From an uncultured Chloroflexia bacterium (GTDB lineage Bacteria > Chloroflexota > Limnocylindria > Limnocylindrales > CSP1-4): a DNA stretch of 64,000 nucleotides. Below the pieces are notes generated by a model. It did no database searches. It had not been told where the DNA came from and saw nothing but the letters and a program-made list of their open reading frames with translations. Positions 1-9,839 of the stretch are shown piece by piece (the stretch's first letter is position 1; the number at the start of each line of letters is the position of its first letter). The translations under genes and the position numbers were made by a program. The stretch lies in the NCBI GenBank assembly GCA_963813305.1, contig CAWEYP010000019.1, positions 20,082 to 84,081 of the forward strand. Direction: 5' to 3'.

Positions 1-228
1 CTGCCACTTGACGAGCTCGACGTTGAGCCGGCGAAGCTCCGCTTCGTAGGCCTTCTTCGACAGCTTCGTGTCGTCCTGCTCGCCGATCGGGGTGCCGTGC
101 CCGCCGTCGAGCGCCGTGGCGGGGATCCGCAACGTGTCCCGCTCCGGGCGACGGTTGCGACCCTCGCGGACGCGTGGCCTTGCCGCGCGGGCCTCCCCGG
201 CTGGCGGATCCGACTTTCGCCTGGGCAT
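1..228 (-). CDS. ppk2: Polyphosphate kinase 2, N-terminal part (runs off the window edge)
   Basis: Manual translation from ATG at 228, preceded by AAGGAGAG, gives ...KLSKKAYEAELRRLNVELVKWQ, the typical PPK2 N-terminal helix. Not in the ORF track. Confidence 0.75.
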   Translation of the reverse strand, partial: MPRRKSDPPAGEARAARPRVREGRNRRPERDTLRIPATALDGGHGTPIGEQDDTKLSKKAYEAELRRLNVELVKWQ

Positions 229-283
229 CGCTCTCTCCTTCGGCCCGCAGGTGCGCGGGCTGTTTCGATTATGCTGCGCGGAC

Positions 284-1519
284 GTGACCTTCGAAAGCCT
301 CGGCCTGTCGGCCGAACTCCTCCGCGCGGTGTCCGACCAGGGCTACACCGTCCCAACGCCGATCCAGACGCAGGCGATCCCGCTCGTGCTCGAGGGTCGT
401 GACCTGATGGGCGCCGCCCAGACGGGCACCGGCAAGACGGCGGCCTTCGTCCTGCCGATCTTCCAGCGCCTCCTGCCGCAGGCGAACACGTCCTTCTCGC
501 CGGCGCGCCACCCGGTCCGGGCGCTGGTCCTGACGCCGACCCGCGAGCTCGCGATGCAGGTCGCGGAGATGGCCGCGGCGTACGGGCGGCACGTGCCCCT
601 CCGGTCCGCGGTGGTCTTCGGCGGGGTTCCGCTCGACCCGCAGATCAAGGAGCTCCGCGGCGGCGTCGAGCTGCTCGTCGCCACGCCGGGGCGCCTCCTC
701 GACCTCGTGGGCCAGCGCGCCGCGAACCTCGGCCAGGTCGAGATCCTCGTCCTCGACGAGGGCGACCGGATGCTGGACATGGGGTTCATCCCGGACATCC
801 GCCGGATCCTCGCGCTCCTCCCGGAGCGCCGCCAGACGCTCCTCTTCTCGGCGACCTTCTCCACCGAGATCCGGCGCCTGTCGAAGGAGTTCCTGCACGA
901 CCCTGCCACGGTCGAGGTCGCCGCCCGCAACGCGACGGCGTCCGAGATCCGCGAGGTCCTCTACCCGGTCGACCGCGAGCTCAAGCTCGAGCTCCTGGAG
1001 CACCTGGTCGACGCCCACGACCTCCACCAGCTGCTGGTCTTCACGCGGACGAAGCTGGCGGCGCGGCGCCTCGCGTCCGACCTCGACCGCCACGGCTACG
1101 CCGCGACGGCGATCCATTCGGACCGCACCCAGGCCGAGCGGATCCGGGCCCTCGCCGACTTCAAGGCGGGCGAGGTCGAGATCCTCGTCGCCACCGACGT
1201 CGCCTCCCGCGGCCTCGACATCGAGGAGCTCCCCGTCGTCGTCAACTTCGAGCTCCCCACCAAGGCCGAGGACTACGTCCACCGCATCGGCCGCACCGGC
1301 CGCGCCGGCGCCAGCGGGATCGCGATCAGCCTCGCCTGCCCCGACGAGGTCGACCTGCTGCGGGCGATCCAGCGGCTCCTGCATCGCTCGATCCCGGTGG
1401 AGGTCGTCGAGGACTTCCTGCCCGATCCGGCGACCCCGCCACGCCCGATCCACGCCCGTGGGGAGGGGGCCATCCCGGCGCATCGTCACAAGGCCACCCG
1501 GGTCCACCACCGCGGCTGA
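284..1519 (+). CDS. DEAD/DEAH-box RNA helicase (RhlE-like)
   Basis: Q motif PTPIQ, AQTGTGKT, PTRELA, TPGRL, DEGD, SAT, HRIGRTGRAG. GTG start at 284 (TFESLGLS) lies 8 nt after TATGCT. Confidence 0.93.
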   Translation: MTFESLGLSAELLRAVSDQGYTVPTPIQTQAIPLVLEGRDLMGAAQTGTGKTAAFVLPIFQRLLPQANTSFSPARHPVRALVLTPTRELAMQVAEMAAAYGRHVPLRSAVVFGGVPLDPQIKELRGGVELLVATPGRLLDLVGQRAANLGQVEILVLDEGDRMLDMGFIPDIRRILALLPERRQTLLFSATFSTEIRRLSKEFLHDPATVEVAARNATASEIREVLYPVDRELKLELLEHLVDAHDLHQLLVFTRTKLAARRLASDLDRHGYAATAIHSDRTQAERIRALADFKAGEVEILVATDVASRGLDIEELPVVVNFELPTKAEDYVHRIGRTGRAGASGIAISLACPDEVDLLRAIQRLLHRSIPVEVVEDFLPDPATPPRPIHARGEGAIPAHRHKATRVHHRG

Positions 1520-1625
1520 TCGGGTCGCCACCCCGGCCCCGGATGGGTCGCGCGCCGGTACCATGGCGGAGTTCACCTGGCCCGACCCGTCGTGAAGCAG
1601 GGATCCCCGAGGGAGCACGCGTTTC

Positions 1626-2798
1626 ATGTCCCGTCCACGCATCGGCATCCTGACCGGGGGCGGTGACGTTCCCGGCCTCAACTCGGTCATCAAGAGCGTC
1701 GTCTACCGGTCCACGGAGCTCGGCTACGACGTGATCGGCCTGCGCCGGGGCTGGGAGGCGCTGACCCACATGCGGCCCGGTCCGGACCTCGACCCCGAGT
1801 ATGTCCGCCCCCTCGACCGCATGAACACGAGGACGATCGATCGAACGGGTGGCACCTTCCTGCACTCGAGCCGCACCAACCCGAAGAAGATGCGGCCCGG
1901 CAAGCTGCCGTCCGTCGTCCCGGCCGACCGCCTGCCGTCGCTGCAGTCCGGCGAGGACCTGTACGACTTCACGCCGGTCGTCCTCGAGAACCTCGACCGG
2001 CTCGACATCCACACGCTGATCTCGATCGGCGGCGACGACACCCTGTCGTACTCGAAGGTCCTCGCCGACGCCGGCGTCCAGATCATCGCGATCCCGAAGA
2101 CGATGGACAACGATGTCCGCGAGACGGAGTACTGCATCGGGTTCTCGACCGCCATCACCCGGGCCAAGGACGCCATCAACCGCCAGCGGACGACCCTCGG
2201 CTCGCACGAGCGGATCGGCGTCTTCCGGGTCTTCGGCCGGAATGCCGGGTTCACCGCGCTCTACACGGCCTACGTGACATCCGCCCGGTGCGTGATCCCG
2301 GAGTACCGCTTCGACCTCCAGCATCTCGTCGACCTGCTGGTCGAGGATCGCCAGAACAACCCGAGCCGGTACTCGTTCGTCATCGCCTCGGAGGGCGCGC
2401 TCCCGCAGGGGATGGAGCTCCAGGAGGTCGGCGACGCCGACGCCTACGGTCATCGCCACAAGGCCAGCATCGGCGAGCTCCTGGCCGACGAGATCAAGCG
2501 CCGGACGAAGATCGAGACCGTCAGCTCCGAGTTGACGTACGACCTCCGGTCGGGCGAGCCGGACGCGTTCGACCAGATCGTCGCCATCACCTTCGCGAAC
2601 GTCGCGATGGAGCTGGTGGTCGAGGGGAAGACCGGCCAGATGACGGCGATCCGCGACGGGCGCTACGGCTACTGCCCGATCCCCGAGCCCGGGGCCCGGA
2701 CCGTGGACGTCGAGCACGCCTACAACGCGGACCGCTACCGCCCGCGCTACGAGAGCAAGGTCGGCCTGCCGGTCCTCCTCACGCCGTCCGTCGTGTAG
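1626..2798 (+). CDS. 6-phosphofructokinase family protein with PPi-dependent signature
   Basis: GILTGGGDVPGLN, GGTFLHSSRTN, IGGDDT, PKTMDND, LRSG motifs. Confidence 0.92.
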   Translation: MSRPRIGILTGGGDVPGLNSVIKSVVYRSTELGYDVIGLRRGWEALTHMRPGPDLDPEYVRPLDRMNTRTIDRTGGTFLHSSRTNPKKMRPGKLPSVVPADRLPSLQSGEDLYDFTPVVLENLDRLDIHTLISIGGDDTLSYSKVLADAGVQIIAIPKTMDNDVRETEYCIGFSTAITRAKDAINRQRTTLGSHERIGVFRVFGRNAGFTALYTAYVTSARCVIPEYRFDLQHLVDLLVEDRQNNPSRYSFVIASEGALPQGMELQEVGDADAYGHRHKASIGELLADEIKRRTKIETVSSELTYDLRSGEPDAFDQIVAITFANVAMELVVEGKTGQMTAIRDGRYGYCPIPEPGARTVDVEHAYNADRYRPRYESKVGLPVLLTPSVV

Positions 2799-2870
2799 CG
2801 GGCGCGCGCAGGAAGCCCGACGAGGGCGCCGCGGGCCGACGGGGCACTCGCCGCCCGACCAGCGCCCCCG

Positions 2871-3902
2871 TCAGCGAGATGCGTCGGAGTCCGCGGCTCC
2901 GGCGCGGGCAGCGCGGCGCCGCTCGGCGTACATCCGCTCTTCGGCCGTCCGAACGGCGGTGTCCAGCTCTCCCACGGCGCTGGGGCTCGCCCAGCCCATG
3001 GCAACGTGGAGGGCCACCGCGCCGGCCCGGAGCCAGCGCTCGCACTCCGCGCGGACGCGCTCCACGTAGTTGATCGCCTGGATCTCGTCGGTCTCGGGCA
3101 GCAGCACGAGGAAGCGCCCGCCCCCGACGTGGGCGACCCGGTCGGTCCGCCGGGCGCCGCGCCGCATCGCGCCCCCGACGGCGGTGAGGATACGCTGCGT
3201 CGCCTCCGTCCCGAACTCGCGTTCGAAGCGGCCGAGGCCGTCGAGCTCCGCCACCACGACCCCGACGGGGCGCCGGTAGCGGACATAGCGCGCGTTCTCC
3301 TCGGAGACGGCGCGGTCCCAGGCCGCCCGCGAGTCGAGACCCGTGACGTCGTCGACGTACGGATCGGAGGGCACCACCTCGGCGGCGATCGCCACGCCGA
3401 CGGCGGCGCCGACCGGCGCCGAAACGCTCGGCTGCGGCGAGGCATCGAAGGCGGCGGTCTCGCGGCGGCGCGGCGAGATCGAGAGGAAGCCCTCGATCAC
3501 CTCCTGGTCGCGCGGGTCGTGCACGCGCTGGGCGGCGGCCTCCAGGTCGGCCGACGTGACGCCGGTCTCTTCCGGTCCGTGGCCTTCGTCCGGCGGCGCG
3601 GGATGCTCCGGGACGGGCGCCGTGGCGAACGGCAGGGGTGCGGCGACCTCCGGCACGGTCTGCGGCGGGGGTGCGACGGGGAGCGGCGCAGGCGCCGCCC
3701 ACGGGGTCGCCTGCAGGAGCGCGGGGGCCGGAACCACCGGCGGCGGTGCGGAGACTGCGAGATCCGGGCCGGCGGCGGGCACGGCCGCACCGGCGGCGGT
3801 CCGCCCGCGGCGCGCCAGCAGGGCGCCCGCAAGCAGGAGGAGGATGGCGACGCCCGTGACGACGAGCGCCACGAGGACGTAGGTGATCTGGTCCGACGAC
3901 AC
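2871..3902 (-). CDS. Membrane-anchored degenerate GGDEF-domain protein
   Basis: N-terminal TM helix, Pro/Ala linker, then DDVTGL...HVGGGRFLVLLP...AEERMY. GTG start after AAGGA. Confidence 0.8.
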   Translation of the reverse strand: MSSDQITYVLVALVVTGVAILLLLAGALLARRGRTAAGAAVPAAGPDLAVSAPPPVVPAPALLQATPWAAPAPLPVAPPPQTVPEVAAPLPFATAPVPEHPAPPDEGHGPEETGVTSADLEAAAQRVHDPRDQEVIEGFLSISPRRRETAAFDASPQPSVSAPVGAAVGVAIAAEVVPSDPYVDDVTGLDSRAAWDRAVSEENARYVRYRRPVGVVVAELDGLGRFEREFGTEATQRILTAVGGAMRRGARRTDRVAHVGGGRFLVLLPETDEIQAINYVERVRAECERWLRAGAVALHVAMGWASPSAVGELDTAVRTAEERMYAERRRAARAGAADSDASR

Positions 3903-4191
3903 GAGGTTCCTTCGCTCTTTCCGGTTGTGCGCTCTGCCCGGCGGTGCCCTCGCCGGCCGCCTCGCACGACCGCACTGGCACTCTACACGCGACCGGGGTC
4001 CGAATGGGACTGCCGGGAGGTCCGGGGAGACCATCTTCCGGTGCCGCGGGTCACCGTGCGTCGGCTTCGGTGCGGTCCAGTGGGGTCGAGCCGACGGCGC
4101 CCGGGAGGGCACGACGCGCTCCCGGCCCGCTGCCGGTACTCTTGGTGGCCACCGGCCGAGCCCGCCCGGGCCGCCGACCGCAGGGACCCCG

Positions 4192-5421
4192 ATGACCGAA
4201 CCGACCCAGCCCGACCGCGAGCCGGCGGCCGCCCCGACGCCCGACGCCGCGCCACCCCCGGAGGCGGCCCCATCCCCGGAGGCGACCGCGTCGCCGGAGG
4301 CGGCCCTGTCGCTCGACGCGACCGCATCGCCGGTGCCGACCGCGTCGCCCGAGGGGGCCCCGTCGCCGGACCCGGCATCGGCCGACCCCGCGAACCCGGA
4401 ACAGGTCGCCGCCGTGGAGACTGAAGCGGTGGAGACAGCGCCCGTTGCGGCCGCGACCACGCCGCCCGCCCCGTCGGGCCGTGACCCGGGCGCGATCATC
4501 GGCTCCCTCGTCGTGGCGGTTCTCGCGTTCGTCCTCGGCGTGGGCGCCCTGGCCGTGGCGACGGGCAGCCTCGCCAGCCCCTCCCCGTCACCGTCCCCCA
4601 CCCCGGCTCCGTCCGTGGCGCCGGCCGGCAACGCCGTCGGCGATCCTGACGCCCCGGTCGTCATCGAAGTCTGGGCCGACTACCAGTGCCCCTACTGCCG
4701 CCTCGAGGACCTCCTCTTCGGCGGTGCCCTCGATCGCGAGTACGTGATGCCCGGGATCGCCCGGATCGTCTACCGCGACTTCGCGTTCCTCGGCCAGGAG
4801 TCGACCGACGCCGCGATCGCCGCCCGCTGCGCCGGGGCCCAGGAGCCGGCGGCGCAGCTGCGCTACCACGACGCCCTGTACACGTTCCAGCAGGGCGAGA
4901 ACCAGGGCCGCTTCGTCCGCGCCAACCTCCTCCAGATCGCGGAGATCGCGGGCGTCCCCGACACGACGGCCTTCGAGGCCTGCCTCGACGACCCGGCGGT
5001 GGCCGCTGCCGTCGCGGAGGAGACGACCGCCGGCCGCAACGCCGGCATCTCCTCGACGCCGACCCTGCGCCTGCGCGGCCCGGGCGGCGAGCGGGTCCTG
5101 ACCGGCTTCAGCCAGACCTGGCCGCCGCTGCGTGAGGCGGTCGAGGCGGTGCGCGTCGCCTCCACCGCCTCGCCGGCACCCGGCGGGTCGGCGACCCCCG
5201 CGCCGCCCTCCACCTCCGCGCCGACGCCCTCCACCTCCGCGCCGACGCCCGGGTCCTCCGCGCCGACGCCCGGGTCCTCCGCGCCGACGCCCTCCACCTC
5301 CGCGCCGACGCCGGGGGCCTCCGCGCCGACGCCGGGGGCCTCCGCGAGCCCTTCATCGAGCCCCAGCGCTTCCGCGAGCCCTTCGTCGAGCCCTTCGCCC
5401 ACGGTCACCCCGGCGCCGTAG
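4192..5421 (+). CDS. DsbA/thioredoxin-fold membrane protein with Pro/Ser/Thr-rich tails
   Basis: GDPDAPVVIEVWADYQCPYC and cis-Pro motif GISSTPT, preceded by a TM segment. Confidence 0.88.
   Translation: MTEPTQPDREPAAAPTPDAAPPPEAAPSPEATASPEAALSLDATASPVPTASPEGAPSPDPASADPANPEQVAAVETEAVETAPVAAATTPPAPSGRDPGAIIGSLVVAVLAFVLGVGALAVATGSLASPSPSPSPTPAPSVAPAGNAVGDPDAPVVIEVWADYQCPYCRLEDLLFGGALDREYVMPGIARIVYRDFAFLGQESTDAAIAARCAGAQEPAAQLRYHDALYTFQQGENQGRFVRANLLQIAEIAGVPDTTAFEACLDDPAVAAAVAEETTAGRNAGISSTPTLRLRGPGGERVLTGFSQTWPPLREAVEAVRVASTASPAPGGSATPAPPSTSAPTPSTSAPTPGSSAPTPGSSAPTPSTSAPTPGASAPTPGASASPSSSPSASASPSSSPSPTVTPAP
5210..5345 (+). repeat. 21-bp coding tandem repeat (SAPTPST/SAPTPGS, about 6 copies)
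   Basis: TCCGCGCCGACGCC units recur with a 21-nt period. Confidence 0.85.
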
Positions 5422-5483
5422 GGGTCCCTCGGGCTCCGCCGGCGAGGCCGTGCCCGGCTGCCCGTCGCACGGCGACCGCAGGC

Positions 5484-6296
5484 TCAGCTCGGGGCGGCGA
5501 GATCGCGGCGAGGAAAGAGCCACAGCGCCCAGGCGACGGCAGCCGCCGAGACGCCGACCAGCACGGCGGCGTCCCACGGGCTCGCGTCGCCCGCGAGGAT
5601 CGCAGCCGGCTGGAAGTAGTGGAAGACGGACCACGGCCGCCAGCCGGCCATGTCCGGCCAGAGTGCCCCGAGCAGCTCCACCGCGTACGAGACGATCGCG
5701 AACGCCAGGACGCTCCCGAGGGCCGGGGCGACCCGGTCGAACGAGGCGGAAGCGGCCAGCGCCAGGGCACCGAGCGCGGCGAAGAGGAGGACGGCGTTCG
5801 CCCACACGAGCAGCAGCCGGCCCAGGTCGAGCTCGTCGGCGACGTCGAAGAGCACGGCCCCGGCCATGACGCCAGCGAGGTTTGCGGCCAGCGCGGCGAG
5901 CACGAACACGAACGTCGCGGCAAGGGCCGTGCCGTAGACCCGGCGCCGCGAGATGGGGCGGGCAAGGATCACCTCCAGCGTGCCGCGCTGGCGCTCCCCG
6001 GCCAGCGCCGCGACCGGATGGCCGATCGCGAGGATCGCCACGAGCGCGATCGGGATCGGGTGCAGGAACCCCAGCGCGACCGAGCCGTCGAGGGTGAAGA
6101 CGCTGCCGCCGCCGAAGGCCGTGAAGGCCTCGAAGAGGTCCCCGAAGTAGCCGCCTTCGACCAGCTGCCGGAAGTCGGCGCCGAAGGTGGCGTAGATCAC
6201 CGGGAGCAGGAACCCCCAGGCGGCCAGGCCAGTTGCGACCAAAAGGAGGCGCCAGCGGGCGGCGGCGAGGGTCCGGCGCAGCAGGATCCCGCTCAT
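5484..6296 (-). CDS. ABC-2 type transporter permease
   Basis: Several TM helices and AGERQRGTLEVILARPISR. Start overlaps the ATPase stop. Confidence 0.88.
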   Translation of the reverse strand: MSGILLRRTLAAARWRLLLVATGLAAWGFLLPVIYATFGADFRQLVEGGYFGDLFEAFTAFGGGSVFTLDGSVALGFLHPIPIALVAILAIGHPVAALAGERQRGTLEVILARPISRRRVYGTALAATFVFVLAALAANLAGVMAGAVLFDVADELDLGRLLLVWANAVLLFAALGALALAASASFDRVAPALGSVLAFAIVSYAVELLGALWPDMAGWRPWSVFHYFQPAAILAGDASPWDAAVLVGVSAAAVAWALWLFPRRDLAAPS

Positions 6297-7237
6297 GCGC
6301 TCGGCGCCCCGGCGTCGTCGGCGTAGAACTCCAGGAATGCCTCCTCCAGGCGGGCCGGCTCGATCGTGAGGTCGGTGACGGGCGACCCCGCGATGGCCGC
6401 GAGGAAGGGCCGGACGTCGCCCTCGAGCTGGCACCGGAGATGGCCGTCGACGGTGACGACGTCGGTCACCCCGGCGATCCCCGCGAGCGACGGCACCGGG
6501 CCCGCCACCCGCATCTCCACCGTCCTGCGACGGCGAGCCAGGAGGGCGCCGATCTCCTCGAGCGCGACGAGGCGCCCATGCCGGACGATCGCGACGCGGT
6601 CGCAGACCCGCTCCACCTCCGAGAGGATGTGGGAGGAGAGGAAGACGGTCCTCCCCGCGGCGCGGAGCTCGTCGAGGATCTCGTAGAAGGCCCGCTGCAT
6701 CAGCGGATCGAGGCCCTCCGACGGCTCGTCGAGGATCGCCAGCTCCGGGTCGTGCTGGAGGGCCTGCACGATCCCCAGCTTCTGGCGCATGCCCCGGCTG
6801 TAGTCGCGCACGGGCCGGCCGAGGTCGCGTGGGCCGAGATCCAGGCCGTCGAGGAGCCGCCCGCGGAGCACGGGCGGCCGGCCGTAGAACGACCCCAGGT
6901 AGTCCAGCAGGTCGATCCCGGTCATGGTGTCGTAGAGCGCGATCCCGCCGGGCAGGTAGCCGACCCGGGCCCGAATCGCCACGCCGTCGGCCCGCGTGTC
7001 GAGGCCGAGTACCCGGGCCGATCCCGCGGTCGGGTGGAGGTACCCGAGGAGGAGGCGGATGCAGGTGCTCTTGCCGGCACCGTTGGGACCCAGGAACCCG
7101 AAGATCTCGCCGGCATGCACGCTCAGCCCGACGTCGTCGAGCGCCCGGACCACCTCGGCGCCACGCCCGCGGTCGAACCGCCGCAGGCCGGTCGGCCCGT
7201 AGTGCTTCGTCAGCCCCGCCGTCTCGATCGCGTCCAC
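6293..7237 (-). CDS. ABC transporter ATP-binding protein
   Basis: GPNGAGKST, YSRGMRQKL, ILDEP, SSH. Confidence 0.93.
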   Translation of the reverse strand: MDAIETAGLTKHYGPTGLRRFDRGRGAEVVRALDDVGLSVHAGEIFGFLGPNGAGKSTCIRLLLGYLHPTAGSARVLGLDTRADGVAIRARVGYLPGGIALYDTMTGIDLLDYLGSFYGRPPVLRGRLLDGLDLGPRDLGRPVRDYSRGMRQKLGIVQALQHDPELAILDEPSEGLDPLMQRAFYEILDELRAAGRTVFLSSHILSEVERVCDRVAIVRHGRLVALEEIGALLARRRRTVEMRVAGPVPSLAGIAGVTDVVTVDGHLRCQLEGDVRPFLAAIAGSPVTDLTIEPARLEEAFLEFYADDAGAPSA

Positions 7238-7293
7238 GGCGTGAGGCTACACCGGCCGACCGGCGGCGACCGGATCGGGCATGATCGCCGGCG

Positions 7294-9810
7294 ATGACCT
7301 CCCGCGTCGACACGCCACCGCTCCCGGCCATCGCGGCGCCGCTGCGCACCCCACCGGCAGGCCTCACCGCCGCCGAGGCGGAGGCGCGGATGGCACGCGG
7401 CGAGGGCAACGCGTACCGTCCGCCGACCTCGCGGAGCTACTGGGAGATCTTCCGCCAGAACGCCTACCTGGGGATCAACGGGATCCTGATCGTGGTCTCG
7501 CTGCTGCTCGTCGCCTTCGGCCTGCACATCGAGGCGCTCCTGACCGCCGCCCCCGTCATCGCCAACATCCTGATCGGCGTGATCCAGGAGACGCGGGCCA
7601 AGCGCAAGCTCGACCGGATCGCCCTCCTCAACCGCCCGCGCGCCCGGGTCGTTCGCGACGGCATCGAGCAGGCCATCGACCCGGCCGAGGTGGTCCTCGG
7701 GGACCTCCTGGTCGCCCGTCGCGGCGACCAGGTGCTGCTCGACGGCACGGTCGTCGGCGAGGGTCGCTCGGAGATCGACGAATCGCTCCTGACCGGCGAA
7801 TCGGACCCGATCATCAAGGTCGCCGGCGATCCCGCGCTGTCGGGCAGCGCCGTCGTCTCGGGCACGCTCGTCCTCGAGGTCGAGCGGGTCGGCGCGGACA
7901 GCTTCGCGAACCGGCTCCTGGCCGAGGCCAAGAAACTCGGCGACGAGCGAACCCCCCTCCAGCGGGAGATCGCGGCCACCATCTGGGCCGTCGCCGGGCT
8001 CGTCCTCGTCACCGCGCTCCCGGTCGCGCTCGCCCTCGCCCTGCTGCCCGGCGGCTTCGACTCGAAGGAGACGCTGACCGCCGCAGCGGTGCTCGTGACG
8101 CTGGTCCCGCAGGGCCTCGCGATCATGATCACCGTCACCTATGCCGCGGGCGCCCTCCGGATCACCCGGCTCGGCGCCCTCGTGCAGCGCCAGAACGCCG
8201 TCGAGTCGATGGCCCGCGTGGACACGCTCTGCGTCGACAAGACGGGCACGCTCACGACCCAGCGGATCGCCTTCCACCTCGCGGAGCCGATCGGCGACAC
8301 CGACCGGGACGCCCTCGACACCCTGCTGGGGGTTCTCGCCGCGAGCACGACTGCGCCCAACCGGACGACCGAGGCGCTGGGCGCGGCGCACCCGGGGGCC
8401 GCCATCGCGGTGAACGACGAGATCCCGTTCGCCTCCGAGCGGCGCTGGTCCGGCCTGCGGTTCGGCGACACGCCGGGCGCGACGTACGTGATGGGCGCGC
8501 CGCCGGTCCTCTGGCCACATCTCGCGGATGCCCCCGAGGGTCTTGGCCAGCGGGCGGCGGCGATCGCAGCGGAGGGAGTCCGGGTCCTCCTTCTTGCCCG
8601 CGCCGACGACGACGCGCCCCTGCGCGACGCCGGCGACCGTCCCGCCCTGCCCGGCAGCCTGCGGCCGGTCGCCCTGCTCGGCTTCACGGAGGAGCTGCGC
8701 TCCGACGTCCAGGAGATCCTCGGAGGGCTCGCGCGCGCCGGCCTGGATCTCAAGGTCATCTCCGGCGACGACCCGGCGACGGTCGAGGCCATCGGCCGCC
8801 GGGTCGGCCTGCCCGTCGCGGGCGGCGTCGTGTCCGGCATGGATCTCTCGGAGCTCGACGACGACGCACTCGGTGACGCCGCCGGCCGGGCGAGCATCTT
8901 CGGTCGCGTGGAGCCTGCGCTCAAGGCCCGCCTGGTGGCCATCTTCCGGGCCAACGGCCGCTACGTCGCGATGGTCGGCGACGGCGTCAACGACATCCTC
9001 TCGCTGCGCAGGGCCAATCTCGGGATCGCCATGGAGTCGGGCAGCGCGGCCGCCCGCGGCGTCGCCGATCTCGTGCTCCTCAAGGACGCGTTCGGCGTCC
9101 TGCCGAAGGCGGTCATCGAGGGGCAGCGAATCGTGGCGGCGATGGAAGCGACCCTGATCCTGCTCCTGTCGCGGACGTTCTACGTCCTGCTGATCATCGC
9201 GGGGGCCGCCGTCCTGCAGCTCCCCTTCCCCCTGACCCCGCGCCAGAACTCGATCCTCGCGTTCGCCACGGTCGGGATCCCGCTCGTCGTGCTCGCCATC
9301 TGGGTGCCGCCGCGGCGCCTGCCGCGCAGCCTCATCGGCGAGACGCTGCGCGTCTCCATCCCTGCCTCCATCGGCGTCTTCATCGTCGCGCTGCCCCTCT
9401 ACGCGACGATGATCGACAGCGGCGTGGCCGTCCCCGAGGCGCAGACGGTGCTGACCACGCTGACCGTCTTCTGCGGCCTCGGGCTGCTGCCGCTCATCTC
9501 GTCCGGCGCGCGCGAGGCCGGCAGCGGCCGGTTCATCCGCTGGTGGCCCTGGCTCCTTGCCCTGGTCATGCTCGTGGTCTACCTGTTCATGATCCAGGTC
9601 CCGTTCCTGCGCGACTTCTACGAGCTGACGCCGCTCCCCGCCAGCGTCATCGCCCAGCTCCTGGTGGCGGCCGGCCTCTGGACGCTCGCCGTCCACCTGC
9701 TCCGCCGCACGGGCATCGTCGGGCGCGTGGAGGACGCGCTGTGGGCCGCGGTCGTCCGCGCCTGGCACCGGCTGCGGAACGACCCCGGGACCGATCCCTC
9801 CCCCGCCTGA
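7294..9810 (+). CDS. Cation-translocating P-type ATPase (CtpE-like)
   Basis: DESLLTGES, DKTGTLT, ISGDD, MVGDGVND and TM helices. Confidence 0.93.
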   Translation: MTSRVDTPPLPAIAAPLRTPPAGLTAAEAEARMARGEGNAYRPPTSRSYWEIFRQNAYLGINGILIVVSLLLVAFGLHIEALLTAAPVIANILIGVIQETRAKRKLDRIALLNRPRARVVRDGIEQAIDPAEVVLGDLLVARRGDQVLLDGTVVGEGRSEIDESLLTGESDPIIKVAGDPALSGSAVVSGTLVLEVERVGADSFANRLLAEAKKLGDERTPLQREIAATIWAVAGLVLVTALPVALALALLPGGFDSKETLTAAAVLVTLVPQGLAIMITVTYAAGALRITRLGALVQRQNAVESMARVDTLCVDKTGTLTTQRIAFHLAEPIGDTDRDALDTLLGVLAASTTAPNRTTEALGAAHPGAAIAVNDEIPFASERRWSGLRFGDTPGATYVMGAPPVLWPHLADAPEGLGQRAAAIAAEGVRVLLLARADDDAPLRDAGDRPALPGSLRPVALLGFTEELRSDVQEILGGLARAGLDLKVISGDDPATVEAIGRRVGLPVAGGVVSGMDLSELDDDALGDAAGRASIFGRVEPALKARLVAIFRANGRYVAMVGDGVNDILSLRRANLGIAMESGSAAARGVADLVLLKDAFGVLPKAVIEGQRIVAAMEATLILLLSRTFYVLLIIAGAAVLQLPFPLTPRQNSILAFATVGIPLVVLAIWVPPRRLPRSLIGETLRVSIPASIGVFIVALPLYATMIDSGVAVPEAQTVLTTLTVFCGLGLLPLISSGAREAGSGRFIRWWPWLLALVMLVVYLFMIQVPFLRDFYELTPLPASVIAQLLVAAGLWTLAVHLLRRTGIVGRVEDALWAAVVRAWHRLRNDPGTDPSPA

Positions 9811-9839
9811 CGCCGCGCCTCCGACGCCGCCGCCGAGCC

